A program made the translations under genes and the position numbers. Shown here piece by piece: positions 42,268 through 53,102 of a stretch of DNA of 64,000 nt (the first letter of the stretch is position 1; each line of letters starts with the position of its first letter). Source of the DNA: Rhodobacteraceae bacterium Araon29 (GTDB lineage Bacteria; Pseudomonadota; Alphaproteobacteria; Rhodobacterales; Rhodobacteraceae); assembly GCA_039640505.1 (NCBI GenBank), contig CP046865.1:3375661-3439660 (forward strand). Direction: 5' to 3'. Below the pieces are notes generated by a model. The model saw only the letters and a list, made by a program, of their open reading frames with translations, did not search any database and was not told the DNA's origin.

Positions 42268-42370
42268 TTACACTTCAGTTAGATTGACATCAAAAAATTT
42301 GATCATATTGTGGGGCTGGTAACATTTATCTGGCTTCATGCGGTAATATTTCAGATCAAAGAGGTGCAAA

Positions 42371-43765
42371 ATGACGCTTTTATCAAACCAATTTCCAACG
42401 GCTGAACTACAGCGCCGAGATGCAGCGCATCATCTGCATCCTTTCACCGCGGCAGGTGAGCTTGCCGAAAAAGGGGCGCGGGTAATCACAAGTGCCAATG
42501 GCGTTTACATCACCGATTCCGAAGGCCAAGACATTCTTGATGCCATGGCAGGCCTTTGGTGTGTCAACATCGGCTATGGCCGGCCAGAGTTGGCCGATGT
42601 GGCCGCCAAGCAAATGCGCGAACTTCCCTATTACAACACCTTCTTTCAAACCACCCACTTGCCAGTGATTGATCTGTCAGAGCGCATTGCGCAACTGGCC
42701 CCCGGTGATCTAAACCATGTCTTTTATGGCAGCTCGGGATCAGAGGCTAATGATACCAACATCCGCCTTGTGCGCCAATACTGGGCGCTGCAGGGCAAGC
42801 CGGAAAAATCCGTCATCATTAGCCGCAAAAATGCCTATCACGGATCAACCTTGGGCGGGGCCTCACTCGGCGGTATGGCGGCGATGCACGCACAAGGCGG
42901 CCTTCCCATCCCTGATATCCACCACATTAATCAACCGGACTGGTGGGCAGAGGGCGGCGATATGAGCCCGGACGAGTTCGGTCTTGCGCGCGCACGCGAA
43001 TTAGAACAGGCAATTGAAGACCTGGGCGAGCACCGCGTGGCTGCATTTATTGCCGAGCCGATACAAGGGGCCGGCGGGGTGATTATACCGCCCGACAGCT
43101 ATTGGCCGGAAATTCAACGTATTTGCGACAAATATGAAATTCTGCTGATTGCAGATGAAGTCATTTGCGGCTTTGGCCGCACCGGCAATTGGTTTGGCAG
43201 TCAAACCTATGATATTAGACCGGACATTATCAGCATCGCAAAAGGCCTAAGCTCTGGCTATCAGCCCATCGGCGGCTCTGTGGTGAGCGATGCGGTTGCC
43301 GAGGTGATGGCAACCAGCGAATTCACTCATGGCTATACCTATTCAAGCCATCCGGTGGCCGCAGCTGTTGCTTTGGAAAACCTGCGTATTTTAGAGGATG
43401 AAAAAATTGTCGACCAAGTGCGCGACGTGACCGGCCCATACCTTGCACAAAAGTGGCAAGCCCTTGCAGATCATCCTCTTGTTGGAGAGGCTAAAATCAA
43501 AGGATTGATGGGATCCATTGCACTCACACCAAACAAAGTAAATCGCGCGCACTTTAAGACCGCTTCGGGTACGATCGGATATATGTGCCGTGAGCGCTGC
43601 TTTGCCAACCATCTGATTATGCGCCACGTGGGCGACCGGATGGTTATTTCGCCGCCTTTGATCATTTCCACTGCTGAAATTGATCAGTTAGTAGACCGCG
43701 TTCATATTGCGTTGGATGAAACTGCTGCACAAGTGCGAAGCGAAGGATTGTGGCAAGAAGCCTAA
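42371..43765 (+). CDS. class III (omega) aminotransferase, e.g. putrescine/beta-alanine--pyruvate transaminase-like
   Basis: 464 aa. …GLWCVNIGYGR…, DEV (LIADEVICGFGRTG), PLP-lysine context (SIAKGLSSGYQP). Confidence 0.85.
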   Translation: MTLLSNQFPTAELQRRDAAHHLHPFTAAGELAEKGARVITSANGVYITDSEGQDILDAMAGLWCVNIGYGRPELADVAAKQMRELPYYNTFFQTTHLPVIDLSERIAQLAPGDLNHVFYGSSGSEANDTNIRLVRQYWALQGKPEKSVIISRKNAYHGSTLGGASLGGMAAMHAQGGLPIPDIHHINQPDWWAEGGDMSPDEFGLARARELEQAIEDLGEHRVAAFIAEPIQGAGGVIIPPDSYWPEIQRICDKYEILLIADEVICGFGRTGNWFGSQTYDIRPDIISIAKGLSSGYQPIGGSVVSDAVAEVMATSEFTHGYTYSSHPVAAAVALENLRILEDEKIVDQVRDVTGPYLAQKWQALADHPLVGEAKIKGLMGSIALTPNKVNRAHFKTASGTIGYMCRERCFANHLIMRHVGDRMVISPPLIISTAEIDQLVDRVHIALDETAAQVRSEGLWQEA

Positions 43766-44038
43766 GCATGGGGTTTCAAACCCGCGCACTGAAAGCCAAA
43801 AGCCAAATTTTCTGCTTGACCCCTGTAAAACAGGAGTTTTTTTCGCAAATGGGTGTAATTAGGGAAAAACGTGATTCATAATAATCTATGATTCGCCGCA
43901 ATCTAAGGGAACCAGCTTTTCACGGGAATCTAGAAGGGGCTGAATGCCGATCAATTGATCAATCCGCGAGTTAATGGTAATATTTGGGCCTAAAGTGCCG
44001 CAATATGCTTGCAATATAACCGGTGAATAGTTGTAGAG

Positions 44039-44056
44039 TTAGGGTCAAATGCCTAA
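44039..44056. promoter_or_regulatory. inverted repeat TTAGG-N8-CCTAA about 30 bp upstream of the PotA-like ATPase start
   Basis: Read from sequence (TTAGGGTCAAATGCCTAA). Lies in a 320-bp AT-rich leader downstream of the GntR/transaminase genes. Confidence 0.2.
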
Positions 44057-44086
44057 CAGCTAACCAAAATAAACAGGGAGCCAGAA

Positions 44087-45187
44087 TTGGCAAAAGACAC
44101 AGCAGGGGATGCATTCGTTCAATTTGACCGGGTTCAGAAAAGCTATGATGGCGAAACTCTGGTCGTAAAAGACCTCAATCTTGAAATGCCACGCGGTGAG
44201 TTTTTGACCATGCTTGGGCCATCAGGGTCTGGCAAAACCACATGCCTGATGATGCTTGCAGGATTTGAAACCGCCACCCACGGTGATATTTTGCTCGATG
44301 GGGTTTCGATAAATAACATACCTCCGCATAAACGCGGTATCGGCATGGTTTTTCAGAACTATGCGCTTTTTCCTCATATGACCATCGCCGAAAACCTATC
44401 CTTTCCTTTGGAAGTCCGTAAAATGGGCAAATCTGATCGTGAAGAAAAAGTTAAGCGGGCCTTGGATATGGTGGAAATGGGCGCCTTTGGCGGCCGGCGG
44501 CCTGCACAGCTATCGGGCGGCCAACAACAAAGGATCGCTTTGGCACGGGCTTTGGTATTTGAGCCTGAACTGGTTTTAATGGATGAACCCCTTGGCGCGC
44601 TTGATAAGCAATTGCGTGAAAAGATGCAGTTTGAAATCACCGATCTTGCGCACCGTTTGGGGATCACCGTTGTTTACGTGACCCACGATCAGACGGAAGC
44701 GCTGACTATGTCGGATCGGGTCGCCGTTTTTGACGATGGGCGCATTCAGCAACTGGCAAAGCCAGATCAGCTTTATGAAGAGCCGGAAAATAGTTTTGTT
44801 GCCCAATTCATCGGTGAGAATAACACCATGGAAGGCACCGTGAAAGAGATAAAAGACGGGCTGGCAATGGTAGAATTGGAGGGCGGCGAAGTGATCGCCT
44901 GCAAGCCGGTGAATGTCAGCAAGCCCGGCGAACGGACACGGGTTTCGATCCGGCCTGAGCGGGTTGAATACAACAAAGACCGAATTCATGACAACGCACA
45001 AAAGCTAAAAGCCGAAGTGCTCGAATTCATCTATATGGGAGACATTTTTCGCACCCGTCTTCGCGTTGCCGGCAATGATGAATTTATCGTTAAAACACGA
45101 AATGCGCCCGACCAAACGCGCCTAACACCCGGTGATAAAATTGAAATTGGCTGGCTACCGGAAGACTGCCGCGCACTAGATGCATGA
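44087..45187 (+). CDS. ABC transporter ATP-binding protein, PotA/spermidine-putrescine type (with C-terminal TOBE domain)
   Basis: Walker A GPSGSGKTT, signature LSGGQQQR, Walker B LVLMDEP. TTG start with an AGGGAG RBS. Confidence 0.85.
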   Translation: MAKDTAGDAFVQFDRVQKSYDGETLVVKDLNLEMPRGEFLTMLGPSGSGKTTCLMMLAGFETATHGDILLDGVSINNIPPHKRGIGMVFQNYALFPHMTIAENLSFPLEVRKMGKSDREEKVKRALDMVEMGAFGGRRPAQLSGGQQQRIALARALVFEPELVLMDEPLGALDKQLREKMQFEITDLAHRLGITVVYVTHDQTEALTMSDRVAVFDDGRIQQLAKPDQLYEEPENSFVAQFIGENNTMEGTVKEIKDGLAMVELEGGEVIACKPVNVSKPGERTRVSIRPERVEYNKDRIHDNAQKLKAEVLEFIYMGDIFRTRLRVAGNDEFIVKTRNAPDQTRLTPGDKIEIGWLPEDCRALDA

Positions 45188-45299
45188 TTGAATTTTCGAA
45201 TTCGCACCAAAAGCAAAAGGTGCGATCCACTGAGGGTCCATTAGATTAGCTCGTGTCTTGGACCAGTTAGCTGAATTACGGGCGACATGGGAGACTGAA

Positions 45300-46406
45300 A
45301 TGAAATCAACTAAAACAATTTTGACAGGCGCTGCGCTGTCATTAATGGCTGGTTCTGCATTTGCAGATGGCCATATGGCAAGCGAAATGACCATTGTGTC
45401 ATGGGGTGGTGCCTACTCAAAATCACAATTGAACGCCTACCATAACCCCTATTCGGAAATGACAGGTGTTACTATTCTAAATGATGACAGCTCTAGCACA
45501 GCGGTTGCCAAACTGCGTGCGATGAACGAAGCCGGCAATATCACTTGGGATGTTGTGGACGTAGAAGCAGCGCCTGCGATGCAGCTTTGCGACGAAGGTT
45601 TGGCAATGGTCATCGATCCTGACACGATGCTCGCAGCAGCGCCTGATGGAACACCTGCTTCAGAAGACTTTGGCGATATGCTGGTGTCTGAGTGCTTTAT
45701 TCCACAAATCGTGTACTCAACAACATTTGGATACCGGACTGACCTCGTCGGTGACACAGCACCAACATCTGTTTGTGACGTGTTTGATACAGCTGCCTAT
45801 CCTGGCAAGCGGTCATTGTTCAGTGTGCCGATCAACACAATGGAATGGGCATTGCTTTGCGACGGCGTTGCAAAATCAGACATCTATGACATGCTGGAGA
45901 CAGAAGAAGGTCAAAATCAGGCACTCGCCAAACTGGATACTATCAAAGACGATGTGATCTGGGTTTCATCAGGTTCTGATACACCACAGCTTTTGGCAGA
46001 CGGCGAAGTCATCATGGGCGCCACCTACAACGGCCGTCTTTTCTCTTTGATCGAAGAGCAGAAGCAGCCTGTTGCGATGATCTGGGATGGTCAGGTTATG
46101 GATTTGGATGGCTGGATTATCCCAGCAGGTCTAAGCCCAGAGCGTCAAGCACGCGCACTTGACTACATCATGTTTGCCACGGACACTCAGCGTCTTGCGG
46201 ATCAAGCAAAATGGATCAGCTACGGTCCAGCTCGTGCATCCTCTGCGCCGCTGGTTGGAAAGCACGCTGATTTGGGCATCGACATGGGGCCACATATGCC
46301 CACAGCACCTGAAAACCTGTCACGTGCGTTCTTGATGAACTATGACTTCTGGGCCGATTATCGCGATGACCTGGACGCAAAGTTCCAAGCATGGCTGGCT
46401 AAGTAA
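45300..46406 (+). CDS. ABC transporter periplasmic substrate-binding protein (PotD/PotF-like extracellular solute-binding family)
   Basis: Signal peptide (MKSTKTILTGAALSLMAGSAFA). GGGAGA RBS 5 nt upstream of ATG 45300. Confidence 0.7.
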   Translation: MKSTKTILTGAALSLMAGSAFADGHMASEMTIVSWGGAYSKSQLNAYHNPYSEMTGVTILNDDSSSTAVAKLRAMNEAGNITWDVVDVEAAPAMQLCDEGLAMVIDPDTMLAAAPDGTPASEDFGDMLVSECFIPQIVYSTTFGYRTDLVGDTAPTSVCDVFDTAAYPGKRSLFSVPINTMEWALLCDGVAKSDIYDMLETEEGQNQALAKLDTIKDDVIWVSSGSDTPQLLADGEVIMGATYNGRLFSLIEEQKQPVAMIWDGQVMDLDGWIIPAGLSPERQARALDYIMFATDTQRLADQAKWISYGPARASSAPLVGKHADLGIDMGPHMPTAPENLSRAFLMNYDFWADYRDDLDAKFQAWLAK

Positions 46407-46489
46407 GCTCGTACAATTGGGAAGGGCTACATCGGCCCTTCCCGTTTTTTTCTACTTAATTTCAACTCCACAGCTGTATCAGGCAAACC

Positions 46490-47764
46490 ATGAGCGCTTC
46501 GACCAACACCGAACCGATGCTTTCCGCAGACGGCAAACCCCTTAAACAAAGTTTAGCTCGGGCGCTGCGTCGCCAAAAGATCCGTGCTCTTTTACTGATC
46601 GCGCCACTTTTGGCATTTATCTTCATCGCCTTTATTTTGCCCATCGTGACGATGTTATTCCGTTCCGTCGAAAACGATATCGTGGCAACAACGCTTCCCC
46701 AAACGGTGGCCGCGCTGGAAACTTGGGACTCATCAACTGGTGAGCTGCCAGACGAGGCTGTCTATGCGGCCTTCGCCTCAGACATTCAAAAAGCCGCAAA
46801 AGCAAAGGTTCACACCAAAGTCGGGTTGCGATTAAACTATGAACAGTCTGGCATCGCATCGCTGTTCAAAAAGACCGCCCGCAAGGCCAAAAAATGGGAT
46901 CTGGAAACAGACGGCCCTTTCAAAGAAAAGCTCATGGATGTTCACAAGGGTTGGAGCAAAATTGAAACTTGGCAAACGCTCAAAGTTCATAGCTCAAACT
47001 ATACCAGCGGCTATTTTTTGAACGCGGTTGATATGCGCAAAACCATTGATGGCCCGCAGTTTCAACCCGAAAATAAACAAATTTTGCTAACGCTGTTTGG
47101 GCGAACACTGATCATGTCGCTTGCTATCATGGGTTCGTGCTTATTGCTGGGCTATCCGGTGGCCTGGCTGCTGGCAAATCTGCCGATGCGACATGCCAAC
47201 CTATTGATGATTTTAGTACTATTGCCGTTCTGGACCTCCCTGCTCGTGCGCACATCCGCCTGGAAGGTGATGCTACAACAACAGGGGGTGATCAATGACG
47301 TTCTGGTACAACTTGGCTTGGTGGCCGATAGTGCCCGTCTGGTAATGATAAATAATGAAACCGGAACGATCATTGCTATGACGCATATCCTGCTGCCCTT
47401 TATGATCCTGCCTATGTACTCGGTGATGCAAACTATTCCGCCAAGTTATGTTCGGGCCGCCAAATCGCTGGGCGCGACCAACACGACTGCATTTTGGCGG
47501 GTCTATTTCCCACAATCCGTGCCCGGCATTGGGGCCGGATCAATTTTGGTTTTTATCCTCGCGATTGGATATTATATCACGCCAGAAATTGTGGGTGGTA
47601 CAAAAGGCGTGTTTATTTCCAACCGAATTGCCTATCACATTCTAAGATCCTTGAACTGGGGACTTGCGGCAGCGTTAGGAACAATCTTGTTGGTTGCTGT
47701 TCTGATCCTGTATTGGGCCTATGATAAGATGGTCGGCATCGACAACGTCAAGTTGGGAGGGTGA
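46490..47764 (+). CDS. ABC transporter permease (PotB-like) with an N-terminal extension of about 130 aa
   Basis: 424 aa. One early TM helix, a hydrophilic segment, then a canonical 6-TM BPD_transp_1 core. Confidence 0.8.
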   Translation: MSASTNTEPMLSADGKPLKQSLARALRRQKIRALLLIAPLLAFIFIAFILPIVTMLFRSVENDIVATTLPQTVAALETWDSSTGELPDEAVYAAFASDIQKAAKAKVHTKVGLRLNYEQSGIASLFKKTARKAKKWDLETDGPFKEKLMDVHKGWSKIETWQTLKVHSSNYTSGYFLNAVDMRKTIDGPQFQPENKQILLTLFGRTLIMSLAIMGSCLLLGYPVAWLLANLPMRHANLLMILVLLPFWTSLLVRTSAWKVMLQQQGVINDVLVQLGLVADSARLVMINNETGTIIAMTHILLPFMILPMYSVMQTIPPSYVRAAKSLGATNTTAFWRVYFPQSVPGIGAGSILVFILAIGYYITPEIVGGTKGVFISNRIAYHILRSLNWGLAAALGTILLVAVLILYWAYDKMVGIDNVKLGG

Positions 47765-47768
47765 GGTC

Positions 47769-48980
47769 ATGGCTGCACTTACTGTGATTTCGCGCAAACC
47801 ATTATCGTTCGTTTTATCCGTCACGGCTCTGCTTGGCGCGTTGGTCGGCGTGCTCATGGGTATGTCCATGGGAAATGCCCCGCTAGGGCTGATTGCAGGG
47901 GCCGCAATAACCGCTGCAATTGCCTATTTAGTAACCTCCATGGTTACCAAGGAAAAAACCGCACGCTATGGGCTTATCGCGGCGACATTGATAGCTGGTT
48001 TATATTTCTTTGGGTTGGTCGGCGCTTTAACCGGCGCGCTCTTCGGATGGTTTTTGGGCTGGTTCATCTTTTGGCTTTTTGAGGGGCGCTACCGCGCGCG
48101 TCTTCACCCTTATCTGACCCCCGGTCAGGTCCTTTGGCATTTTACATTTAGAATTATCTGCGGGCTGATTTTCGCCTTTCTGATCATTCCGATTATTGTG
48201 GTGATGCCGCTGTCCTTTAATGCACAGGATTTCTTTACCTTCACACCAGAAATGCTACGCTTTGATCCAGCTGGCTATTCGTTGAAGCACTATAATGACT
48301 TCTTTACCAATAACGAATGGCAGCGGTCGTTCAAGAATTCGTTGATTATTGCCCCAATTGCGACGATAGTTTCCATATCACTGGGCACGCTCGCGGCCAT
48401 TGGTCTAAGCCAAAGCCATGTGCCATTTAAACGGGCGATTATGGCGATCCTAATTTCGCCCATGATCGTTCCATTGATCATTTCAGCAACCGGAATGTTT
48501 TTCTTTTATGCCGGGTTGGGCAAATTTCTGGAAAATCAAATAGGTCTGGATAAGAACCTTGTCGGATATATGAAAGTCGTTCTGGCCCATGCTGTGCTGG
48601 GCATCCCCTTTGTGATCATCACAGTCACTGCAACCTTGGTGGGCTTTGATAATTCACTGACCCGAGCGGCGGCAAATATGGGTGCCAACCCTGTTACTAC
48701 ATTTTTCCGAGTTCAAATGCCGCTCATTTTGCCGGGTGTCATTTCGGGCGGCCTGTTTGCCTTTATCACCTCTTTCGATGAGGTTGTGGTGATTATGTTT
48801 GTGGGGTCGGCCAGTCAGAAAACGCTGCCTTGGCAAATGTTCACGGGGCTGCGCGAACAAATCAGCCCGACAATCCTGGCTGTGGCAACGATCTTGGTCG
48901 CACTTTCTATTTTGTTGCTGACCACATTGGAATTGCTCAGGCGCCGCTCTGAAAAACTGCGGGGAATGACCCCAGGTTAA
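47769..48980 (+). CDS. ABC transporter permease (PotC-like) with an N-terminal extension of about 130 aa
   Basis: ATG at 47769 follows a GGGAGGGTGAGG RBS, 4 nt after the upstream stop. The extra N-terminal TM helices are Gly/Ala-rich. Confidence 0.8.
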   Translation: MAALTVISRKPLSFVLSVTALLGALVGVLMGMSMGNAPLGLIAGAAITAAIAYLVTSMVTKEKTARYGLIAATLIAGLYFFGLVGALTGALFGWFLGWFIFWLFEGRYRARLHPYLTPGQVLWHFTFRIICGLIFAFLIIPIIVVMPLSFNAQDFFTFTPEMLRFDPAGYSLKHYNDFFTNNEWQRSFKNSLIIAPIATIVSISLGTLAAIGLSQSHVPFKRAIMAILISPMIVPLIISATGMFFFYAGLGKFLENQIGLDKNLVGYMKVVLAHAVLGIPFVIITVTATLVGFDNSLTRAAANMGANPVTTFFRVQMPLILPGVISGGLFAFITSFDEVVVIMFVGSASQKTLPWQMFTGLREQISPTILAVATILVALSILLLTTLELLRRRSEKLRGMTPG

Positions 48981-49122
48981 GAGAATTTGAAATCCCAAGT
49001 TGCTGCGCCATTAAAATGATAATAGCCGTGTATCGCAACGCTTTTGAATGGCGAAAAACGATCTAGACTTAAGCCAGGCATTGCGGCAAATATCTGTAAA
49101 ACTTGTTTGATAGGTGAATTTG

Positions 49123-50049
49123 ATGAAAACCGCTTTGATCACGCACGACGATTGTTTGAAACACGTGACCCCGCCGGGGCATCCTGAACAGGTCGCACGC
49201 CTTGAGCGGATTTTACAGGCGCTAGAGCCACTTGATCTGACCCGTATCAGTGCACCGCTGGCTGCCGATGATGATCTGCTGCGCGTTCATCCCAAATCAC
49301 ATATCGACGCCCTTTGCAACGCCGCACCAGAGGCCGGCTTTACCGCCATAGATGGGGACACGCATATGTCTTCGGGATCTTTGCAGGCGGCCTATCGGGC
49401 GGCGGGGGGCGTGCTACGGGCGGTTGATATGGTCCTGCAGGGCGACGCGCCCAATGCTTTTGCTGCCGTGCGACCCCCTGGGCACCATGCCGAAACACAA
49501 ACCGCGATGGGATTTTGCCTTTTTGGCAATGTCGCGCTTGGTGCCAAACACGCCCTGGATTATCACGGGCTAAAGCGGGTGGCCGTGGTTGATTTTGATG
49601 TGCATCATGGCAACGGAACCCAAGACCTGTTATGGGATGAGCCACGCGCTTTGACCGTCACCTCACAGCAAATGCCGCTTTGGCCCGGAACTGGCGCGGA
49701 AACCGATACCGGTGCTTTTGGTAATGTGGTTAATATTCCCCTGCCCCCAGACAGCAATGGCGCAACAATGCGCGCCGCTTATAATCGGATTGCCTTTCCA
49801 AAGATCATAGATTTCAAGCCTGAGCTGATTTTAGTATCTGCCGGCTTTGACGCACACCGCGATGATCCATTGGCACAATTGAATTGGAGCACAGACGATT
49901 TTATATGGCTGACTAAGCAACTTTGCGCTTTGGCCAGCGATCTTTGTCACGGACGGCTGGTTTCTGCGCTCGAAGGCGGGTATGATCTAGAGGCCTTGGC
50001 AGCATCGGTTAAGGCCCATGTCGAAATTCTTAGTGAGGCAGCACAATGA
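49123..50049 (+). CDS. histone deacetylase-family amidohydrolase (acetylpolyamine amidohydrolase / AcuC-like)
   Basis: HDAC fold motifs (…RPPGHHAE…, …DFDVHHGNGTQD…). AGGTGA RBS before ATG 49123. Confidence 0.8.
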   Translation: MKTALITHDDCLKHVTPPGHPEQVARLERILQALEPLDLTRISAPLAADDDLLRVHPKSHIDALCNAAPEAGFTAIDGDTHMSSGSLQAAYRAAGGVLRAVDMVLQGDAPNAFAAVRPPGHHAETQTAMGFCLFGNVALGAKHALDYHGLKRVAVVDFDVHHGNGTQDLLWDEPRALTVTSQQMPLWPGTGAETDTGAFGNVVNIPLPPDSNGATMRAAYNRIAFPKIIDFKPELILVSAGFDAHRDDPLAQLNWSTDDFIWLTKQLCALASDLCHGRLVSALEGGYDLEALAASVKAHVEILSEAAQ

Positions 50050-50288
50050 CGGATACACCGATAGCGGAAATGACCTTTGAACAGGCCATGGTAGAATTGG
50101 AAAAAGTTGTCAGCGCTTTAGAACGGGGCGATGTTGCGCTAGATCAGTCTATCACACTGTATGAACGTGGCGCTGAATTAAAAAAGCGATGTGAAGCCAA
50201 GCTTAAAGAAGCCGAAGAGAAAGTTGCGGCCATAACGTTCGATAATGACGGGGCGCCATCAGGGACAACACCTGTCGAAGGTTTGTGA
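50046..50288 (+). CDS. xseB: exodeoxyribonuclease VII small subunit
   Basis: 80 aa. …FEQAMVELEKVVSALERGDVALDQSITLYERGAELKKRCEAKLKEAE…. Confidence 0.85.
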   Translation: MTDTPIAEMTFEQAMVELEKVVSALERGDVALDQSITLYERGAELKKRCEAKLKEAEEKVAAITFDNDGAPSGTTPVEGL

Positions 50289-51157
50289 TGTTTGGTGAAC
50301 GGCTTGCAAAGCACGCCGCAACTGTTGAAACCCAGCTAGATCAGGCGATGGCGCCAATGGGCGATACCCCTGTTGTGCAGGGAATGCGCTATGCCCTGCG
50401 CGGCGGCAAACGGCTGCGGGCATTTCTGGTGATGCAAAGCGCCGCCATTTATGATGTGCCTCAAAGCCAGTCCATTTGGCCAGCTGCGGCAATTGAAGCT
50501 ATTCATGCCTATTCTTTGGTGCATGACGATCTGCCTTGCATGGATGACGATGATTTGCGTCGGGGCCAGCCAACGGTGCACAAAAAATGGGATCAGGCCA
50601 CCGCCGTTCTTGTCGGGGATGCCCTGCAATCGCTTGGCTTTGAACTGGTATTAGACCCCCAGTGCAGCCCCCTAGCCGATTTGCGCTCTGATCTTGCCCT
50701 GCGCCTTGCGCGTGCTGCGGGCGCTGCAGGAATGGTTTTGGGCCAAGCGCAGGACATAGCCGCAGAAACTGCACCCTCCCCATTGGACCTTATGCAAGTT
50801 ACCGAATTGCAACGCCACAAAACCGGGGCGCTTTTTTCTTGGTCAGCACAAGCTGGGGCGATCCTTGCACAAGAGGATCCTGCACCATTGGCAAAATATT
50901 CCGCTGCCCTCGGATTGGGCTTTCAGATCACGGATGATATTCTTGATGTCGAGGGCGATCCCAAAAAGACCGGCAAACGGCTTAACAAAGACGCTGAGGC
51001 GGGAAAAGCCACTTTTGTTTCCTTACTTGGGCTCAAAGGCGCCAAAGAGCGGGCAAAAGAGCTGATAAGCGAGGCCTGTGATGCTGTGACACCCCTTGGT
51101 ATAAAAGCAGAGCCCTTGCAGCATTGCGCCAAGTTTATTATTTCAAGAGAAAGCTAG
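50288..51157 (+). CDS. ispA: polyprenyl synthetase (farnesyl-diphosphate synthase/geranyltranstransferase)
   Basis: First Asp-rich motif [17 protein letters not shown], second motif (FQITDDILD). Start overlaps the xseB stop (TGATG). Confidence 0.85.
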   Translation: MFGERLAKHAATVETQLDQAMAPMGDTPVVQGMRYALRGGKRLRAFLVMQSAAIYDVPQSQSIWPAAAIEAIHAYSLVHDDLPCMDDDDLRRGQPTVHKKWDQATAVLVGDALQSLGFELVLDPQCSPLADLRSDLALRLARAAGAAGMVLGQAQDIAAETAPSPLDLMQVTELQRHKTGALFSWSAQAGAILAQEDPAPLAKYSAALGLGFQITDDILDVEGDPKKTGKRLNKDAEAGKATFVSLLGLKGAKERAKELISEACDAVTPLGIKAEPLQHCAKFIISRES

Positions 51158-51176
51158 ATCGGTTCAAAGAGACTTG

Positions 51177-53102
51177 ATGACACAACGCCCGCATACACCC
51201 CTGCTCGATAAGGTCCAGTCACCAGCTGATTTAAAACAGCTTAGTGAGGCCCAGTTGCAGCAGCTTGCCAACGAATTGCGCAGCGAAACCATATCCGCAG
51301 TTGCGGAAACCGGTGGCCATCTTGGCGCTGGCCTTGGGGTTGTAGAACTGACCGTGGCTCTTCATGCCATCTTTGATGCACCACGTGATAAAATCATCTG
51401 GGATGTCAGCCATCAAAGCTATCCGCATAAAATCCTAACCGGGCGGCGGGACAGGATTCGCACCCTACGCCAAAAAGACGGTCTAAGCGGATTTACCAAG
51501 CGCAGCGAAAGTCCCTATGACCCTTTTGGTGCCGCACACTCCAGCACCTCGATTAGCGCCGCCCTCGGCTTTGCCGTTGCACGCGATCTGGGCGGCTCTT
51601 GCGCCAGCGGGTTGGGCGATGTTGTGGCCGTGATCGGCGATGGCGCCATGAGCGCCGGCATGGCCTATGAGGCGCTGAATAATGCCGGACATCTAAAAAA
51701 GCGCATGGTTGTGATTTTGAACGATAATGATATGTCAATTGCCCCGCCAGTTGGCGCGCTGTCGTCCTATCTTTCCCAGCTATACGCCGGTGCCCCGTTC
51801 CAAGATTTAAAAGAGGCTGCCAAAGGTGCGATCGGGTTTTTACCTGAACCGTTCCGCGAAGGGGCAAAACGCGCCAAAGATATACTCAAAGGCATGGCCG
51901 TGGGTGGCACCATGTTTGAGGCTTTGGGCTTTTCTTATGTTGGGCCTATTGATGGTCATGACCTCAATCAATTACTGCCTGTGCTGCGCACTGTGCATGA
52001 ACGCGCCACCGGTCCTATTCTGATCCACGCCATCACTAAAAAAGGTAAAGGCTACGCGCCCGCCGAAACTGCGCGTGATAAAGGTCATGCAACGGCAAAG
52101 TTTGATGTGCTGACAGGTGAGCAAAAAAAATCGCCCTCAAACGCTCCCTCATACACCAAGGTTTTTGCCGGTGCCTTGCTTGACCAAGCCGCAGCCGACC
52201 CGCAAATCTGCGCCGTCACAGCTGCAATGCCAGATGGTACCGGGCTTGATCTATTCGCCAAACGCTACCCATCGCGTTGCTTTGATGTGGGCATTGCAGA
52301 ACAGCATGGTGTGACTTTTGCCGCGGGGTTGGCCGCGGGAGGGCTTAAGCCCTTTTGCGCGATATATTCAACGTTTTTGCAGCGTGGGTATGATCAGGTG
52401 GTACATGATGTGGCGGTGCAAGGATTGCCGGTGCGCTTTGCCATAGACCGCGCAGGTCTTGTGGGCGCTGACGGAGCGACCCACGCTGGCAGTTTTGACA
52501 TTGCTTTTCTTGCCAATCTGCCCGGAATGGTAGTGATGGCCGCAGCCGACGAGGCTGAGCTGGTACATATGGTGGCAACTGCGGCAGCGCATGATACAGG
52601 GCCAATTGCGTTTCGCTATCCACGCGGCGAAGGCGAGGGGGTCGAATTACCCGAAAAGGCCGAGGTGCTTGAGCTGGGTAAAGGCAGGCTAATACGGTCA
52701 GGCCGCGGGGTTGCCATCCTATCGTTTGGCACCCGTCTTGGGGAAGTTCAAAAAGCCTGTGAGACATTGGTTGCACAAGGTCTGGATCCAACCATTGCCG
52801 ATGCCCGATTTGCCAAGCCTCTGGATCATGAATTAATTCTGTCGTTGGCAGCAAACCATGAAGTCCTTATCACTATTGAAGAAGGCGCTGTTGGTGGGTT
52901 CGGATCGCATGTGATGCAGTTTTTGTCCAATGAAGGCGTGTTTGATAACGGGCTTAAATTCCGCTCGATGGTCCTGCCCGATCAGTTTATTGATCAGGCC
53001 AGCCCCACAGAAATGTATGCCACTGCAGGATTAAATGCTGAGGCTATTGTAGATAGGGTCTTGAACCTGCTCGGAGTTTCGAAGATATCCTCTAAAGCTT
53101 AA
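51177..53102 (+). CDS. dxs: 1-deoxy-D-xylulose-5-phosphate synthase
   Basis: About 640 aa. N-terminal …[18 protein letters not shown]…[17 protein letters not shown]… and TPP-binding [15 protein letters not shown]. Classical xseB-ispA-dxs order. Confidence 0.9.
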   Translation: MTQRPHTPLLDKVQSPADLKQLSEAQLQQLANELRSETISAVAETGGHLGAGLGVVELTVALHAIFDAPRDKIIWDVSHQSYPHKILTGRRDRIRTLRQKDGLSGFTKRSESPYDPFGAAHSSTSISAALGFAVARDLGGSCASGLGDVVAVIGDGAMSAGMAYEALNNAGHLKKRMVVILNDNDMSIAPPVGALSSYLSQLYAGAPFQDLKEAAKGAIGFLPEPFREGAKRAKDILKGMAVGGTMFEALGFSYVGPIDGHDLNQLLPVLRTVHERATGPILIHAITKKGKGYAPAETARDKGHATAKFDVLTGEQKKSPSNAPSYTKVFAGALLDQAAADPQICAVTAAMPDGTGLDLFAKRYPSRCFDVGIAEQHGVTFAAGLAAGGLKPFCAIYSTFLQRGYDQVVHDVAVQGLPVRFAIDRAGLVGADGATHAGSFDIAFLANLPGMVVMAAADEAELVHMVATAAAHDTGPIAFRYPRGEGEGVELPEKAEVLELGKGRLIRSGRGVAILSFGTRLGEVQKACETLVAQGLDPTIADARFAKPLDHELILSLAANHEVLITIEEGAVGGFGSHVMQFLSNEGVFDNGLKFRSMVLPDQFIDQASPTEMYATAGLNAEAIVDRVLNLLGVSKISSKA

